Position numbers and translations under genes: made by a program
Shown here: positions 9,340 to 19,336 of the stretch, piece by piece
Numbering within the stretch: the stretch's first letter is position 1
Layout: every line of letters starts with the position of its first letter
DNA from: an uncultured Ktedonobacteraceae bacterium
GTDB lineage: Bacteria > Chloroflexota > Ktedonobacteria > Ktedonobacterales > Ktedonobacteraceae
NCBI GenBank assembly: GCA_964250765.1
Contig: CAXUHF010000016.1
Span: 192 to 64,191 of the forward strand
Direction: 5' to 3'
DNA: 64,000 nucleotides
Notes under the pieces: model-generated
Databases searched by the model: none
What the model saw: the letters and a program-made list of their open reading frames with translations, nothing else
What the model was told of the DNA's origin: nothing

Positions 9340-10314
9340 TTAAGTGGAGGACTCATACTGTTGTAGGGTTGCGCGTAACTCGTCTGCTATGGCATCTGCA
9401 AGACTTGCGGGTTCCAGGATTTTGGCGTGCCTTCCATAACTCATAATTTGGCGTTGCACTTCTGCTAGTGCGCTTGTCTTAAAGCGCATAAGCAGACTCC
9501 CATCTGGTTGCTCCTCCGTCTGTTGTGAAGGGTGCAAGGTACGCTCTTTCATATAACGAGCTTGGTAGGGGTCGAAGAGTAAAACGATTTCAACGATCTG
9601 GTTGCCATGCTCGGCTTGAAAGCTCTCTTGAAGGTAGTTTTCAGGCGAAAAATTTGCATCAGGCTCGAAACGCTCTTCGGTGACGACACGCCAAGTGCGG
9701 ATACGAGGAAGTGCGAATTGACGGATCTTCTGACGCAAAAGGTCGTAGGAAACTACGTTCCACTCACCTCGTATGTTGAGGAGATGGTAAGGGTGGATAA
9801 CACGTTGATTTTCTTCGTCTCGTGATGCTGTGTAGTACAGCATATCAACAGGATGCTGATTTTGAATAGCATGTTGTAATGCTAGGAGTATTTCTGGCGA
9901 CGTTTTTGCGCTCGCTCCTGGTCGAATAGAGTAATGATGCGCTAATTCATGCATTGAAACTTGTACGTCTTGTGGGAGCATTTCTATCATTTGCTGGATA
10001 GCATCACGAAGTGGTTCCTCAAAACTTGTGCCGAGATATCGCTCCGTCAATTCTACACTGAGAAAGAGTGCAAGTAACTGTCCTTGAGCGATAGGGAGTA
10101 CTGGTAGTTGCCAATCCTGCTCTGTATAGACGTACCCATGATGGGCGCGGCTGTAGACGAGGGGAGCATAGAACCGATTTTTAAGAGTTTCAATGTCATT
10201 AATGACTGTTCGTTTGCTTACCTCGAAGCGTTCCATAAACGTTTGAACTGAAGGATAATTCCCACTTTGAATCATTGCACTCATATAAAGGATCCGTTCC
10301 AACCTTGTAGACAT
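9340..10314 (-). CDS. HTH-WYL domain transcriptional regulator (YafY/PafBC-like)
   Basis: 324 aa. N-terminal wHTH (ERILYMSAMIQSGNYPSVQTFMERFEVSKRTVINDIETLK), then a central WYL-type domain and a C-terminal extension. Confidence 0.8.
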   Translation of the reverse strand: MSTRLERILYMSAMIQSGNYPSVQTFMERFEVSKRTVINDIETLKNRFYAPLVYSRAHHGYVYTEQDWQLPVLPIAQGQLLALFLSVELTERYLGTSFEEPLRDAIQQMIEMLPQDVQVSMHELAHHYSIRPGASAKTSPEILLALQHAIQNQHPVDMLYYTASRDEENQRVIHPYHLLNIRGEWNVVSYDLLRQKIRQFALPRIRTWRVVTEERFEPDANFSPENYLQESFQAEHGNQIVEIVLLFDPYQARYMKERTLHPSQQTEEQPDGSLLMRFKTSALAEVQRQIMSYGRHAKILEPASLADAIADELRATLQQYESST

Positions 10315-10343
10315 AGTGTAACCTTTCCTTTTTACATGACCTA

Positions 10344-10368
10344 TGTTAAACGGTGAACTAGGAAATTT
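10344..10368 (-). promoter_or_regulatory. Conserved box (copy 1) upstream of the WYL regulator gene
   Basis: Plus-strand TGTTAAACGGTGAACTAGGAAAT lies 30-54 nt upstream of the ATG at 10314. A near-identical copy is at 12096-12118. Confidence 0.45.
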
Positions 10369-10785
10369 CGCTATCGTGCGTTGCTCCAGCAGCGAGGATG
10401 GCTATCTCATTCATTTCTTAATCGACTCACAAACCGTATTACTGTGGTATCTCTATCTCGCGTCAAGAGAAGAACATTGTATCCTAGTGTCAAACTATGA
10501 ATTTTTATGAGCTTGCGGAAGAACCTGAATATGCGAAGCCCATTTCCAGAAGCGAAGCGAGGCTCTTGCGAGCACATTTGTGTGCTCCGGCTTTTGAATC
10601 TTTTCTCTACCGCTTCTGTATTGAGAAGACACTGTGGTATAAACTCGTCTGGTTCAAGGAGCGATACCCTTCAACTGAAGCAGAAGCTCGCTATCTTTCT
10701 CATTACCTATAATTCAGAGCTTTTCCGAAAACCTATCAGGAACTGCATCAGTCCAGAGCCAAAAACAGTGTTTTCGTAAAAGCTC

Positions 10786-12042
10786 TTAGTCTGGTGAAAG
10801 TAATAAGCGTTTCATGACGACCAAATTCTGCTTTTCTTGCTCCCAATCTGGCTTGCCTTCCTTATCTTTGGGCATAGGCGTTTCCATGATTAACGCAATA
10901 TGAGCAAGGCGAGGGTCTTGCAGCAGCATTTGGATTCCTGCAATGCCTCTTTTTGACATTCGACCCATGCTCCATTGAGCATGTTCATCTCGAATACTTC
11001 CTAGTCCATGCTTTGCATCGTTAAGATGCAATAGCTGGACATGTTCGAGTCCAATATGCTTGTCAACTGTAAACAAAAACTTGTCCATTTGAGTACAGAG
11101 ATCATAGCCAGCAACCCAGCAATGAGCAGTATCTAAGCACACTCGTACATGGGACCGAAAAGTAGGTTGTAGTGCTGTGAGAATAGTTCCAAGCTCTTCT
11201 ATTTTTGACCCAAACGAAAAACGAGGATCACATCCATTCTCAAGAAGAAGACGTATTGGAGCGAGGTGTGTGCCGGGACCGTGTAAGAGACTATAGGTAA
11301 TAGCTTTTACAATACGCTCAGCCTGTATCCCTGATACACGAACAAAGGCTTTTTTATAGTTGTTGAGATGCACTACCACATCACTTGCTCCTATGAGACG
11401 CGCTTGTTCTAACGTAGACCGCAAGAGGAACACCGAATTGATCCACGTCCTCTCATCATTGGAAGCGAGGTCAATGACAAACGGTGCATGGACGACGATA
11501 GGCGATAAATGAGCATCAGAAAGTATTTGTGACATGGAGAGTGTAAGAGTAGGAGAGAGCATAGGGGATTGCCACGTGTCTGGATCGGTAAGGAAAATTT
11601 GGAGAGCACTATAGCCGAGCTCTTGTGCTTTTTGGACAGAATCGAGTAATGGTATTTTGGAGGGTATGTTTCGTCCCAAGGGAAAATGTAGGGCTTGATC
11701 CTTGTTTGGAGGTGGTAATGGCAACGTTGGTGACAATAATTGTAGAGGTGCCAACGTTGTTCTATTTGGTATGATAGATTGTTGAATAACTCTCTTTCTT
11801 GCCTTTGGCTTAGGTAACTTTTGCATTGTTGTAGGCGTCATTGCTTCTGTTTTCAATAAATCATCATGCTTTATTGGAGAAGATGAAACAGTGCCTTTCG
11901 TTTGTAACACCATGTTAGTTTCTTGCTCCTGGTGCTTTGTAGTAGACCGCTTTTTTCGTGTGGCTCGACGACGACATGTATCAGAACAATAGATCGTTCG
12001 CGGAAACTGGATTTCCTCCCCACAGAGGCATCGTTGTATCAT
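10786..12042 (-). CDS. nfo: Endonuclease IV (AP endonuclease family 2) with a Cys-rich/basic N-terminal extension
   Basis: The C-terminal ~280 aa form a xylose-isomerase-like TIM barrel with HLNDAKHGLGSIRDEH and VHAPF motifs. The N-terminus carries CLCGEE...YCSDTCRRR. Confidence 0.8.
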   Translation of the reverse strand: MIQRCLCGEEIQFPRTIYCSDTCRRRATRKKRSTTKHQEQETNMVLQTKGTVSSSPIKHDDLLKTEAMTPTTMQKLPKPKARKRVIQQSIIPNRTTLAPLQLLSPTLPLPPPNKDQALHFPLGRNIPSKIPLLDSVQKAQELGYSALQIFLTDPDTWQSPMLSPTLTLSMSQILSDAHLSPIVVHAPFVIDLASNDERTWINSVFLLRSTLEQARLIGASDVVVHLNNYKKAFVRVSGIQAERIVKAITYSLLHGPGTHLAPIRLLLENGCDPRFSFGSKIEELGTILTALQPTFRSHVRVCLDTAHCWVAGYDLCTQMDKFLFTVDKHIGLEHVQLLHLNDAKHGLGSIRDEHAQWSMGRMSKRGIAGIQMLLQDPRLAHIALIMETPMPKDKEGKPDWEQEKQNLVVMKRLLLSPD

Positions 12043-12095
12043 TCAATAACTCACCTTTCTTCATGAGTATCATAAACAACTTAAACTGCTCCATT

Positions 12096-12118
12096 ATTGA
12101 ACGGTGAACTATGAAATC
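12096..12118 (-). promoter_or_regulatory. Conserved box (copy 2) upstream of nfo
   Basis: Plus-strand TATTGAACGGTGAACTATGAAATC lies 54-76 nt upstream of the ATG at 12042. Orientation relative to the gene matches copy 1. Confidence 0.45.
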
Positions 12119-12285
12119 GGTCCTTCCTCTAAAAAGGATAGTAGGCCGATATTATGTAAAGCTGGGTTTTTAATCCGTCGAAAAAGCGGTTTGAGGACCT
12201 CACCAACTACCTTTTAGGTACGTGGCGAAAGACCAGACTCACATTACTCATAAGTAAAGAAATATGATAGGATTGTTATGCCCAG

Positions 12286-13557
12286 TTACAATTGGAAGTC
12301 TCTTTCTTCTAAAGGTCCCCACGTTGTAAGTACTTGTTTCTCCAACAAAGGGAGACGATGTAGTGCATTCATCACCTCATCGCTTGTCACTCGCTCAATA
12401 CGGGCAGCCTCTTCTTCCAAGCTAGATAAACGCCCTTCATACAGCCAATCCATTCCTAATGTACGCATGCGGTTATACGTGGACTCGCTATGAAATATGA
12501 TGTCACTCAGTTTCTTGTTCTTGGCACGCTGTAGCTCCTCTTCATCAAATCCATCATAAAGCACCTGTTTCAACTCGGTTTGAAGAAGTGTAAGGACATG
12601 AGGAGCGTTTTCTGGTGTTGTGTGTGCTTGCATGAACAACATTCCTGTTCCATCAAAAGCCCGCAACGCACTGCTCGCACTCTGTGCTAATCCCTTTTGT
12701 TGAATATTCCAGTGGATGCGTGAGCCATCAGAATCACCTAAAATGTTCCATCCCAAAGACGTTGCATAATAATCGGGATCGTTTGATGGTATTCCTGGCA
12801 TGCTAACAAAAAGTATTTGCTGTTTGAGATGCTTTTGCACTCCTATAGAGTGTGTAGATTGGTTTGGCTCATACGCTGTAGCAATACGGGCAACGTCACC
12901 CGTAGGCCAGCTTTCGCACACATGTTCAGCAAGTGCAATAAGGTGGTCCCAGTCGAAATTGCCAGCAACTGAAAGCACGATGTTCTTAGCACTATACCAA
13001 CGTTGCCAATACTCGCGCATCTGTTCAAGTCGCATCTCTTGAATGCTCTCCCGTGAACCAAGCACATAATTGCCCAATGGATGTGTGTCAAAGTAGACAC
13101 GCATCATACGCCTATGAGCATAGCCCTTCGGTTGGTCCTCAGAACGCGCGATCTCATTAAGAATGACCCCTTTTTCCTGCTCGAAATCGTTCTCGTCCAA
13201 CCGTGGTTCCATCATTTCGGTGAGCAACCTGAAGGCTTGGTCGAAATAGTCGCTTTGCACACGAAGGTAGTAGATAGTTCGTTCGGCAGATGTGAAGCCA
13301 TTTTTTTCTGCTCCAATTCTCGTAAACTCTTGTTTCAGCTGCTGCCAATCTCGCGTTTTTGTTCCTCTAAATACCATGTGCTCAAGAAAATGGGAAATGC
13401 CTGAAAGGGTAGCATCTTGCTCATCACGTGCGCCAGTACGGACAAAGTATCCCATAGATACTGTCTCAACGTCTGGCATTGTTTGCCCTACAATATGCAA
13501 GCCATTTTTAAGGCGATGTGTCAGTAAGAGAGCGTTATTTTCTGTACCATTTATCAT
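12286..13557 (-). CDS. M16 family (pitrilysin/insulinase-like) zinc peptidase
   Basis: 423 aa. Inverted zinc motif HxxEH is present (HFLEHMVFRGT). Confidence 0.85.
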   Translation of the reverse strand: MINGTENNALLLTHRLKNGLHIVGQTMPDVETVSMGYFVRTGARDEQDATLSGISHFLEHMVFRGTKTRDWQQLKQEFTRIGAEKNGFTSAERTIYYLRVQSDYFDQAFRLLTEMMEPRLDENDFEQEKGVILNEIARSEDQPKGYAHRRMMRVYFDTHPLGNYVLGSRESIQEMRLEQMREYWQRWYSAKNIVLSVAGNFDWDHLIALAEHVCESWPTGDVARIATAYEPNQSTHSIGVQKHLKQQILFVSMPGIPSNDPDYYATSLGWNILGDSDGSRIHWNIQQKGLAQSASSALRAFDGTGMLFMQAHTTPENAPHVLTLLQTELKQVLYDGFDEEELQRAKNKKLSDIIFHSESTYNRMRTLGMDWLYEGRLSSLEEEAARIERVTSDEVMNALHRLPLLEKQVLTTWGPLEERDFQL

Positions 13558-13845
13558 CCTTTTGCCCCTTTCATGCTACTATACATCTCATTATCTCACA
13601 TTCCCTTCAAATGGAGACGTTTTATATACTCATGCTTATATTGCTGGCAAAAATATCGTATTAGAATTCGTTGCATCCTTTAAATGCTTCTCTCTATTGA
13701 AGAAAACAAGCAGCTCTTTCTGTTTTGAACCTCTTCAAGACATCAAGCGAGTAATACTCTCTCTAGTCCTTTTACATTTGCCGAACATGTGAACATTCAG
13801 AAATTTTCTGCTCGCCCTGCTTGTCCTCATACCTCATTTTAGAGC

Positions 13846-14319
13846 TTACAGAACCTTTGGAACTTCAAATACCTCAAACATGAGGTCGTCGTGTCCCCAA
13901 AAGTAGGCAAATGAACATCCAGAGAATGGCCCACTATCGAGATGAATAGGGTCTGTGGTAAACTCTATGCCACGTTCTTTGAGTACTTCTCGTGTTGCCT
14001 CGATACTCTCCACCTCGAAGCAGAGGTGCATCACTCCCACATCATTATTCTGTCGGTCGAATGCTCTTCCGCGAGGACTCCGATATTCCATCAGTTCAAA
14101 GCTGGTATTGCCTACTTTCATAAAGGCGAAGCGAATGTCGGGATTGGGAACTTTGACCAGTTGTCCCAGTTCCGCACGGTCTATTTCAGGTCCAGACGAG
14201 TCATGGATGAAGACCGGCTCGATGCCAAAGAGTTCTTTATAAAAGAGCAGTGCTGCTTCGAGATCACGGACACTGATGCCTGTATGATGGATAGTGTTCA
14301 ATTGAGTCGTGGTCGTCAT
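13846..14319 (-). CDS. VOC/glyoxalase family protein
   Basis: 157 aa. HHTGISVRDLEAALLFYKELFG is a typical VOC N-terminal module. Confidence 0.8.
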   Translation of the reverse strand: MTTTTQLNTIHHTGISVRDLEAALLFYKELFGIEPVFIHDSSGPEIDRAELGQLVKVPNPDIRFAFMKVGNTSFELMEYRSPRGRAFDRQNNDVGVMHLCFEVESIEATREVLKERGIEFTTDPIHLDSGPFSGCSFAYFWGHDDLMFEVFEVPKVL

Positions 14320-14369
14320 ATTTCCTCCAACTAGTACACGATAGAAAAGAAGTACAGTATAAAAGCCTT

Positions 14370-16142
14370 TTACGCTTGGCGTACCTCCAGTTCCAGAAAA
14401 GATGGCTCGCTCCCTCCGATGAAAATAGTGTTTCGCGCTGGATACGGTGGTGCCTCATAGGGAAAGAAGATGAATCCATCGAAGGCGGTGGCCTTGAGCA
14501 GGTCAGGACGGCTGCCTATTTCCAACCGAAGTTGATGTCCCTGTTTGAAGAGGTTGGCAATCGGTGTGAGACTGAAATCAAGCGAGACGGGTGTTCCTAG
14601 CGTGAGTGGCTCAGGGATGCGATGCTCGTGAATGATTTCATCTGGTCGTGAACGTAGCATGTCTCTTTTCCGATGAGAGGCTTGTAGCCAACCAAAGGAG
14701 AGCAACCGTACTTTCCCCTTGGGAGCGACATCACTCACACGAGCGATGATGTGCGTATCAAGAGCGGTAGATGCGAGTTTGAGATGAAGTCTGATTGGTC
14801 CCACCACCTCTGTATCTTCTGTCCACGGATCTGTCAGAAAGGTGAGCCATTGTGCCTCATACCTTTCGAGTGCTTTGGGATACACCATTCCGCGTGGAAG
14901 AGCAACGAAACTCCGTGATGCTTCTTGTTGGGGCCGCTGCTCCTGAAGGTGCTGAGTGTCTGCTGTCTTTTCCGACGCTTCCGAAAGATAGAAGCACTTT
15001 TTGTTTGTTCCTGGTATCGGCCAATCGGGAGCGTCTTTCCAGCACTCGGCTCCTTGAAGCCAATAGCGCACCGCCGGAAGGTCAGCCACTCCTGTCTCAA
15101 TCCCTTTCAAGTAGTAGTCATACCAAGCAAGAAGTTCTTCCTGATAGTTCGACCAAGGCCACCTGGGATCGGGAGGACCGATAAAGAGCTTTTTGGGTGC
15201 GGAAATGCCATTCCATGCCTCAAATGCTCCCTTCATATGAATACCTGGATTCCCCCAGTTTGTTCCTATACAGACAGGGACTTGAATGCGATCCAGGACC
15301 GGCCATGCTGATTTGTCCCAATAAAACGGACCATCGAATGGTTCATCGAAGGCGATTTCCGCGAAGTGACGCATCCACGACTTCTCTGGACGCATCTGCT
15401 GAGGCATCTTCTCTTCATTTTTGAAGAAGAAACTCGTAATTTTCTTTTGAATCCACTTCCGATCAAACAGGTAGCTGAGAAGGTGGCGCACCAGAGGTGG
15501 AAGAGAGACGTTTTGCGTTGTTCCGACAAATGTATAATACGGGGCGAAGAAGCCTGAATGGAATGCTCCCCCGTGGTACGCAAAATGGCGATACAAGTCC
15601 GTAAACCCCAGATACGGAAAGATGGCCTTGAGATGTGGGGGTTGTTGAGCAGCAGCAAGATATTGAATTGCCGCGAAATAGGACATGCCAACCATCCCCA
15701 CCTGCCCATCACACCACGGCTGTTCAGCGACCCATTCAATGGTGTCTGCAACATCTTTCTGCTCACCAAGAGAAAAATGTATTTCGTGTGTTCCCTCCGA
15801 TTTCCCTGTCCCTCGTGCATTGACGGTCAGGTGACAATAGCCACGCGAAACGATATAGCTCACGACCCCTGTTTCATTGATTGGCAACGGAAGCCCTGTT
15901 TGCTGAAATGCTCGTGTGTAGGAGGACCACGCGACGAGTGCTGGGAAGGATCCCTCTGCTGCTGGTCGGTAGAGGTCCCCACGTAAGACGGTTCCATCTG
16001 GTAAACGAACCGCGATATTTGCTTGGCAGAGGATCGCGTAAGTAGCATTCGATTGCGTCTTTGGAGTCCAGCCAGCAAGTTGCACCCCGTTCAAGTGCTG
16101 TGTGGGTGGAAGTATTCCCGTGTGCTCTTTCTGCTTCTTCAT
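14370..16142 (-). CDS. CocE/NonD family (S15 X-Pro dipeptidyl-peptidase-like) hydrolase
   Basis: 590 aa. Alpha/beta-hydrolase nucleophile elbow GMSYFA. Length and C-terminal beta domain are typical of CocE/NonD. Confidence 0.75.
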   Translation of the reverse strand: MKKQKEHTGILPPTQHLNGVQLAGWTPKTQSNATYAILCQANIAVRLPDGTVLRGDLYRPAAEGSFPALVAWSSYTRAFQQTGLPLPINETGVVSYIVSRGYCHLTVNARGTGKSEGTHEIHFSLGEQKDVADTIEWVAEQPWCDGQVGMVGMSYFAAIQYLAAAQQPPHLKAIFPYLGFTDLYRHFAYHGGAFHSGFFAPYYTFVGTTQNVSLPPLVRHLLSYLFDRKWIQKKITSFFFKNEEKMPQQMRPEKSWMRHFAEIAFDEPFDGPFYWDKSAWPVLDRIQVPVCIGTNWGNPGIHMKGAFEAWNGISAPKKLFIGPPDPRWPWSNYQEELLAWYDYYLKGIETGVADLPAVRYWLQGAECWKDAPDWPIPGTNKKCFYLSEASEKTADTQHLQEQRPQQEASRSFVALPRGMVYPKALERYEAQWLTFLTDPWTEDTEVVGPIRLHLKLASTALDTHIIARVSDVAPKGKVRLLSFGWLQASHRKRDMLRSRPDEIIHEHRIPEPLTLGTPVSLDFSLTPIANLFKQGHQLRLEIGSRPDLLKATAFDGFIFFPYEAPPYPARNTIFIGGSEPSFLELEVRQA

Positions 16143-16178
16143 GTATCCCTCCTCATTCGTCGTCTTCTCACGTCGTCG

Positions 16179-17189
16179 TTAGGACACATGGTAGTCCTTC
16201 TTCTGACGTGGTTGTGGCATCCATCCGATATCTTGTGGCATTCCAATCCAATTTCGTAGCACCCCGATGCCCGTCACCTCCAACTCGACTTCGTCGCCCG
16301 GTTGCAATCGTCGCCCCAGTTCGAGACCACACCCGAATCCTACCGTTCCCGATCCAATCAGGTCCCCTGTATGGACTCCCTCAGCTTTCGAGATGTAGGC
16401 AATCAGTTCTTCAACACTCCACATGAGTGTCGAGCTAGACCCCCGTGACCACTCTTCGCCATTGACTCGTGCGATCATGGTCAGGTTGTTCACCTCCACT
16501 TCGTCAACGGTGGTAATCCAAGGACCAAGCCCTGTTGCGAAATCTTTCCCTTTAGCAGGTCCAAGTCCACCAGCACTTTCTTTGCGTTGCATGTCGCGTG
16601 CCGAAAAGTCATTGTAGATCGTCACTCCAAAAAGGGAGGCGTGTGCGGCTTCAGGAGAAAGGTTATATCCGGTGCGTCCAATCACAAAACCAAGCTCTAA
16701 CTCATAGTCCAGATGTTGAGTGTAATCAGGCCAAGGAACTTCTTGCTCATGTGCGAAAAGCGTGAGACGATTCGCTTTGTAGTAAAGGGGAATCTCATAA
16801 TACACATCAGGGATGGGACGGTGCTGTCCGACAACAAACGCATTGTGTAAATGCTGCTCGAATGCTAAACAGTCACGTTGCATCGGAGGATCAAGTGGTG
16901 GAAGCCATGCCACGCCATGCAGGTCGAAGAGTGCCTCCCGGGGTCGTTTCTCAAGACATCGACGTGCTGCATCGAGAAATCGTGGTCCTGTTTCAATGGC
17001 TGCTGTCATACTAGCAGGGAAGAGGGCTGATGCAACACGTCGTGCTGCCTCCTGTGTCGCCCCCTCTTGAAGCAAGAGCATATATTCTGCTGTCGCTAGA
17101 TCAAGGACCTTATATTCCTCTGGGAGGACCGCAACCAGTCGTGGAATATCCGAATCAAGTGACTCACGTAAAATTCTGCCAACCTTCAT
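16179..17189 (-). CDS. Fumarylacetoacetate hydrolase (FAH) family protein
   Basis: 336 aa. The C-terminal FAH fold region (YELELGFVIG..., GDLIGSGTVG) is recognisable. Confidence 0.75.
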   Translation of the reverse strand: MKVGRILRESLDSDIPRLVAVLPEEYKVLDLATAEYMLLLQEGATQEAARRVASALFPASMTAAIETGPRFLDAARRCLEKRPREALFDLHGVAWLPPLDPPMQRDCLAFEQHLHNAFVVGQHRPIPDVYYEIPLYYKANRLTLFAHEQEVPWPDYTQHLDYELELGFVIGRTGYNLSPEAAHASLFGVTIYNDFSARDMQRKESAGGLGPAKGKDFATGLGPWITTVDEVEVNNLTMIARVNGEEWSRGSSSTLMWSVEELIAYISKAEGVHTGDLIGSGTVGFGCGLELGRRLQPGDEVELEVTGIGVLRNWIGMPQDIGWMPQPRQKKDYHVS

Positions 17190-17297
17190 GTATTTTTTAC
17201 CTTCTAGGATATGAATAGAAGCTCACTTTGTACAAAGCAATCCAAACGACTTTTTCCCTGATGGTCTGCTTTTCTGAGACAGGTTCGTCGTCTCCTT

Positions 17298-18188
17298 TCA
17301 CGATTGTTCTGGTGCATGTTGCCTCGTGCTTGGTGGTGGGGACGAAACCGTCGTGGAATTGATCTCCCCTCGCGCCTCTTGAATGGCCCGTTCCAGGTTG
17401 AGAGAAGTGCGGTTAGACTCTCGCCACTCCGCCACAGGTCCTTTCTCAATCATAGAAAGGGCATCTTGAAACGGGATGCCCTCCGCAACGACTCGCTGAC
17501 CCATGCGATACACGGCAGAGAGATAGTCCCATACCACGATGAGGTCTTGTGCATTCCCAATGGCTCCATGTCCTGGCACAACAACTCTTGGTTTGAGTGC
17601 AAGCAATGTCTCGATGGCGTCAATCCATCCTGATAAGAGACCATGAACGGCTAACGGCGTCACTCCGTGAAAGCTGATATCTCCCACGATCAACACGCGC
17701 TGTTCAGGAAGCCACACGGTGACATCAGCTACGGTATGCGCTGGAGTGAAAACACGAAACTCTCCTCCGTGTGGAAGGACAAGAGCATCGAGTGCGGGTT
17801 CTGGGAGTGCCAGATCAAGATCAGCGAAACGTCCGCGAAACTGTGGCATCAACGTGTCATACAGCGTCGTTGGTTTGCCTATATGTTGTAGCATCTCCAC
17901 TGATCGAGGGTGAGCGACAAGACGAGCACCCTCAAAGAGCGAATTTCCGCCTGTATGGTCGATGTGATGGTGTGTGTTCACCACTGTCTCGACGTGTGCT
18001 CCTCTCTGCTGAATCTCATAGAGCAGAGGGAGAATCATCTCTGGAAAGGTCATAGTATCCACGACCATCGCGCGATTTCCGTCAAAAATGCATGACGCGT
18101 TTGAAACACCCATTTCGCCCTCTCCGTTGAGTGCAACGACAATGCCATCCTCCACTTCAACAATGCGTACCATAGGCCATGTCTGCAT
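17298..18188 (-). CDS. MBL-fold metallo-hydrolase
   Basis: HHHIDHTGGN metal-binding motif. The likely start at ATG 18188 (MQTWPMV) is preceded by GGGAGG and overlaps the upstream stop (TGATG). Confidence 0.8.
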   Translation of the reverse strand: MQTWPMVRIVEVEDGIVVALNGEGEMGVSNASCIFDGNRAMVVDTMTFPEMILPLLYEIQQRGAHVETVVNTHHHIDHTGGNSLFEGARLVAHPRSVEMLQHIGKPTTLYDTLMPQFRGRFADLDLALPEPALDALVLPHGGEFRVFTPAHTVADVTVWLPEQRVLIVGDISFHGVTPLAVHGLLSGWIDAIETLLALKPRVVVPGHGAIGNAQDLIVVWDYLSAVYRMGQRVVAEGIPFQDALSMIEKGPVAEWRESNRTSLNLERAIQEARGEINSTTVSSPPPSTRQHAPEQS

Positions 18189-19273
18189 CAGACCTCCCTC
18201 TTTTTCTTTGTACTCAGGTCGCCAAAGGGAGAAGAACTCAGTTCTCCAATCAGTTGATCCAGAACGAGTATCCGAGTACGCCACGGAAGCAATGGACGCT
18301 GCTGTTGCTTCGCTGTTTGTACAGCTTCCAGCAGATGGGCAAGCTCTCTACTCAAATGTTGTTGTTCGGCTTCGATCTGATTGTAGCGTTGAAGCCGCGA
18401 GATAAGAGTATTGAGCGAGTACGCGATTTGCCAGAGTACATTTTCTCTATTCAATGGGGCGCGTGCCTGGAAGTTGCCGTTTGCTACCTGAACGTGGGTT
18501 TGCAGGATGATTTGCATGCCTATATCAAGTTGTTGTTTTTGCTGAAGCTCTTGCTCTTGTCGCTCAATCTCGCGCCGTTCGAGCTTGGAGATTTCTTCAG
18601 CGCGGTCCGCTCGTGCGATTGCTTGTGTCGCGCTACGGACCCAAAGATACACAATCACCGCAACAAACGACTGCAAAATAATCGGACGTACCAGCACATC
18701 ATAGGTAGCTGTTGAGAGCAAGTAACCAAGAGCAATACTATGATGTTCGAGCGAAAGATCAATGATGATAAAGAGACAGTTCAGGAGAATGACCACAAAC
18801 ACGCTCCAAGACGGAAAAAAGGCCACCGCGACCAGCGTACTTTCTATAAGAAGGTCAAACGTTGGCAAGTTGCTTACATCTAACCCACCCGGATTCATCA
18901 CTAATGACAGAGCAATACCTGCGCCTAAGACAATGACAGATATCACTCCTGCAAGTGTGCGGTAGCCGAGTCGATTGAGGGCAAGTGCGAGGACGTTGAT
19001 ACATAGCGTGAAGACAAGCAGAACAAGAAAGGGGATATTACGACTTATAAGAGCGACGGGTAATGGAAGAAGTGTAAAGATGGTCATCCAAAATAAGGTA
19101 GTACTGGCAAGTCGTCCTCGCCGTGCTGCTTCTCGCTTTTGAAAAGAGGCTAAGGGTTCTGGTTCTTTGGGAGCCGTCAAACGATACCACCACTCCCAGG
19201 GGTGAGAGAGAGACGAGCGTGTGTGTGTTTGGGCATCCTTCAACAACATATGTGTTGATCTATCCATGTTCAT
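18188..19273 (-). CDS. Multi-pass membrane protein with C-terminal HAMP-like/coiled-coil region (paralog 1)
   Basis: 361 aa. N-terminal WEWWYRLTAPKEP...REAARRGRLASTTLFWMTIFTLLPLPVA, several hydrophobic helices, and a C-terminal heptad-rich segment. Paralog of 20861..21940. Confidence 0.6.
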   Translation of the reverse strand: MNMDRSTHMLLKDAQTHTRSSLSHPWEWWYRLTAPKEPEPLASFQKREAARRGRLASTTLFWMTIFTLLPLPVALISRNIPFLVLLVFTLCINVLALALNRLGYRTLAGVISVIVLGAGIALSLVMNPGGLDVSNLPTFDLLIESTLVAVAFFPSWSVFVVILLNCLFIIIDLSLEHHSIALGYLLSTATYDVLVRPIILQSFVAVIVYLWVRSATQAIARADRAEEISKLERREIERQEQELQQKQQLDIGMQIILQTHVQVANGNFQARAPLNRENVLWQIAYSLNTLISRLQRYNQIEAEQQHLSRELAHLLEAVQTAKQQQRPLLPWRTRILVLDQLIGELSSSPFGDLSTKKKREV

Positions 19274-19336
19274 ACGAATATATTGCTCCTTTTTAAAGAT
19301 GTGAGCGGGAAGAGAGACATGTGTATCTTTGCTTCC

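Noticed and set aside
10344-10368. Equating the WYL/nfo box with the mycobacterial PafBC RecA-NDp motif (it contains ACGGTG)
   Set aside because: The CGGTG-like core is on the strand opposite to the genes here, and the spacing to the -10-like element differs. The similarity is superficial, so only the generic WYL/DNA-damage analogy is retained.
10497-10712. 71-aa plus-strand ORF between the WYL gene and nfo
   Set aside because: It has no SD, it is the lone plus-strand ORF in a 29-kb minus-strand block, and no motif is recognised.
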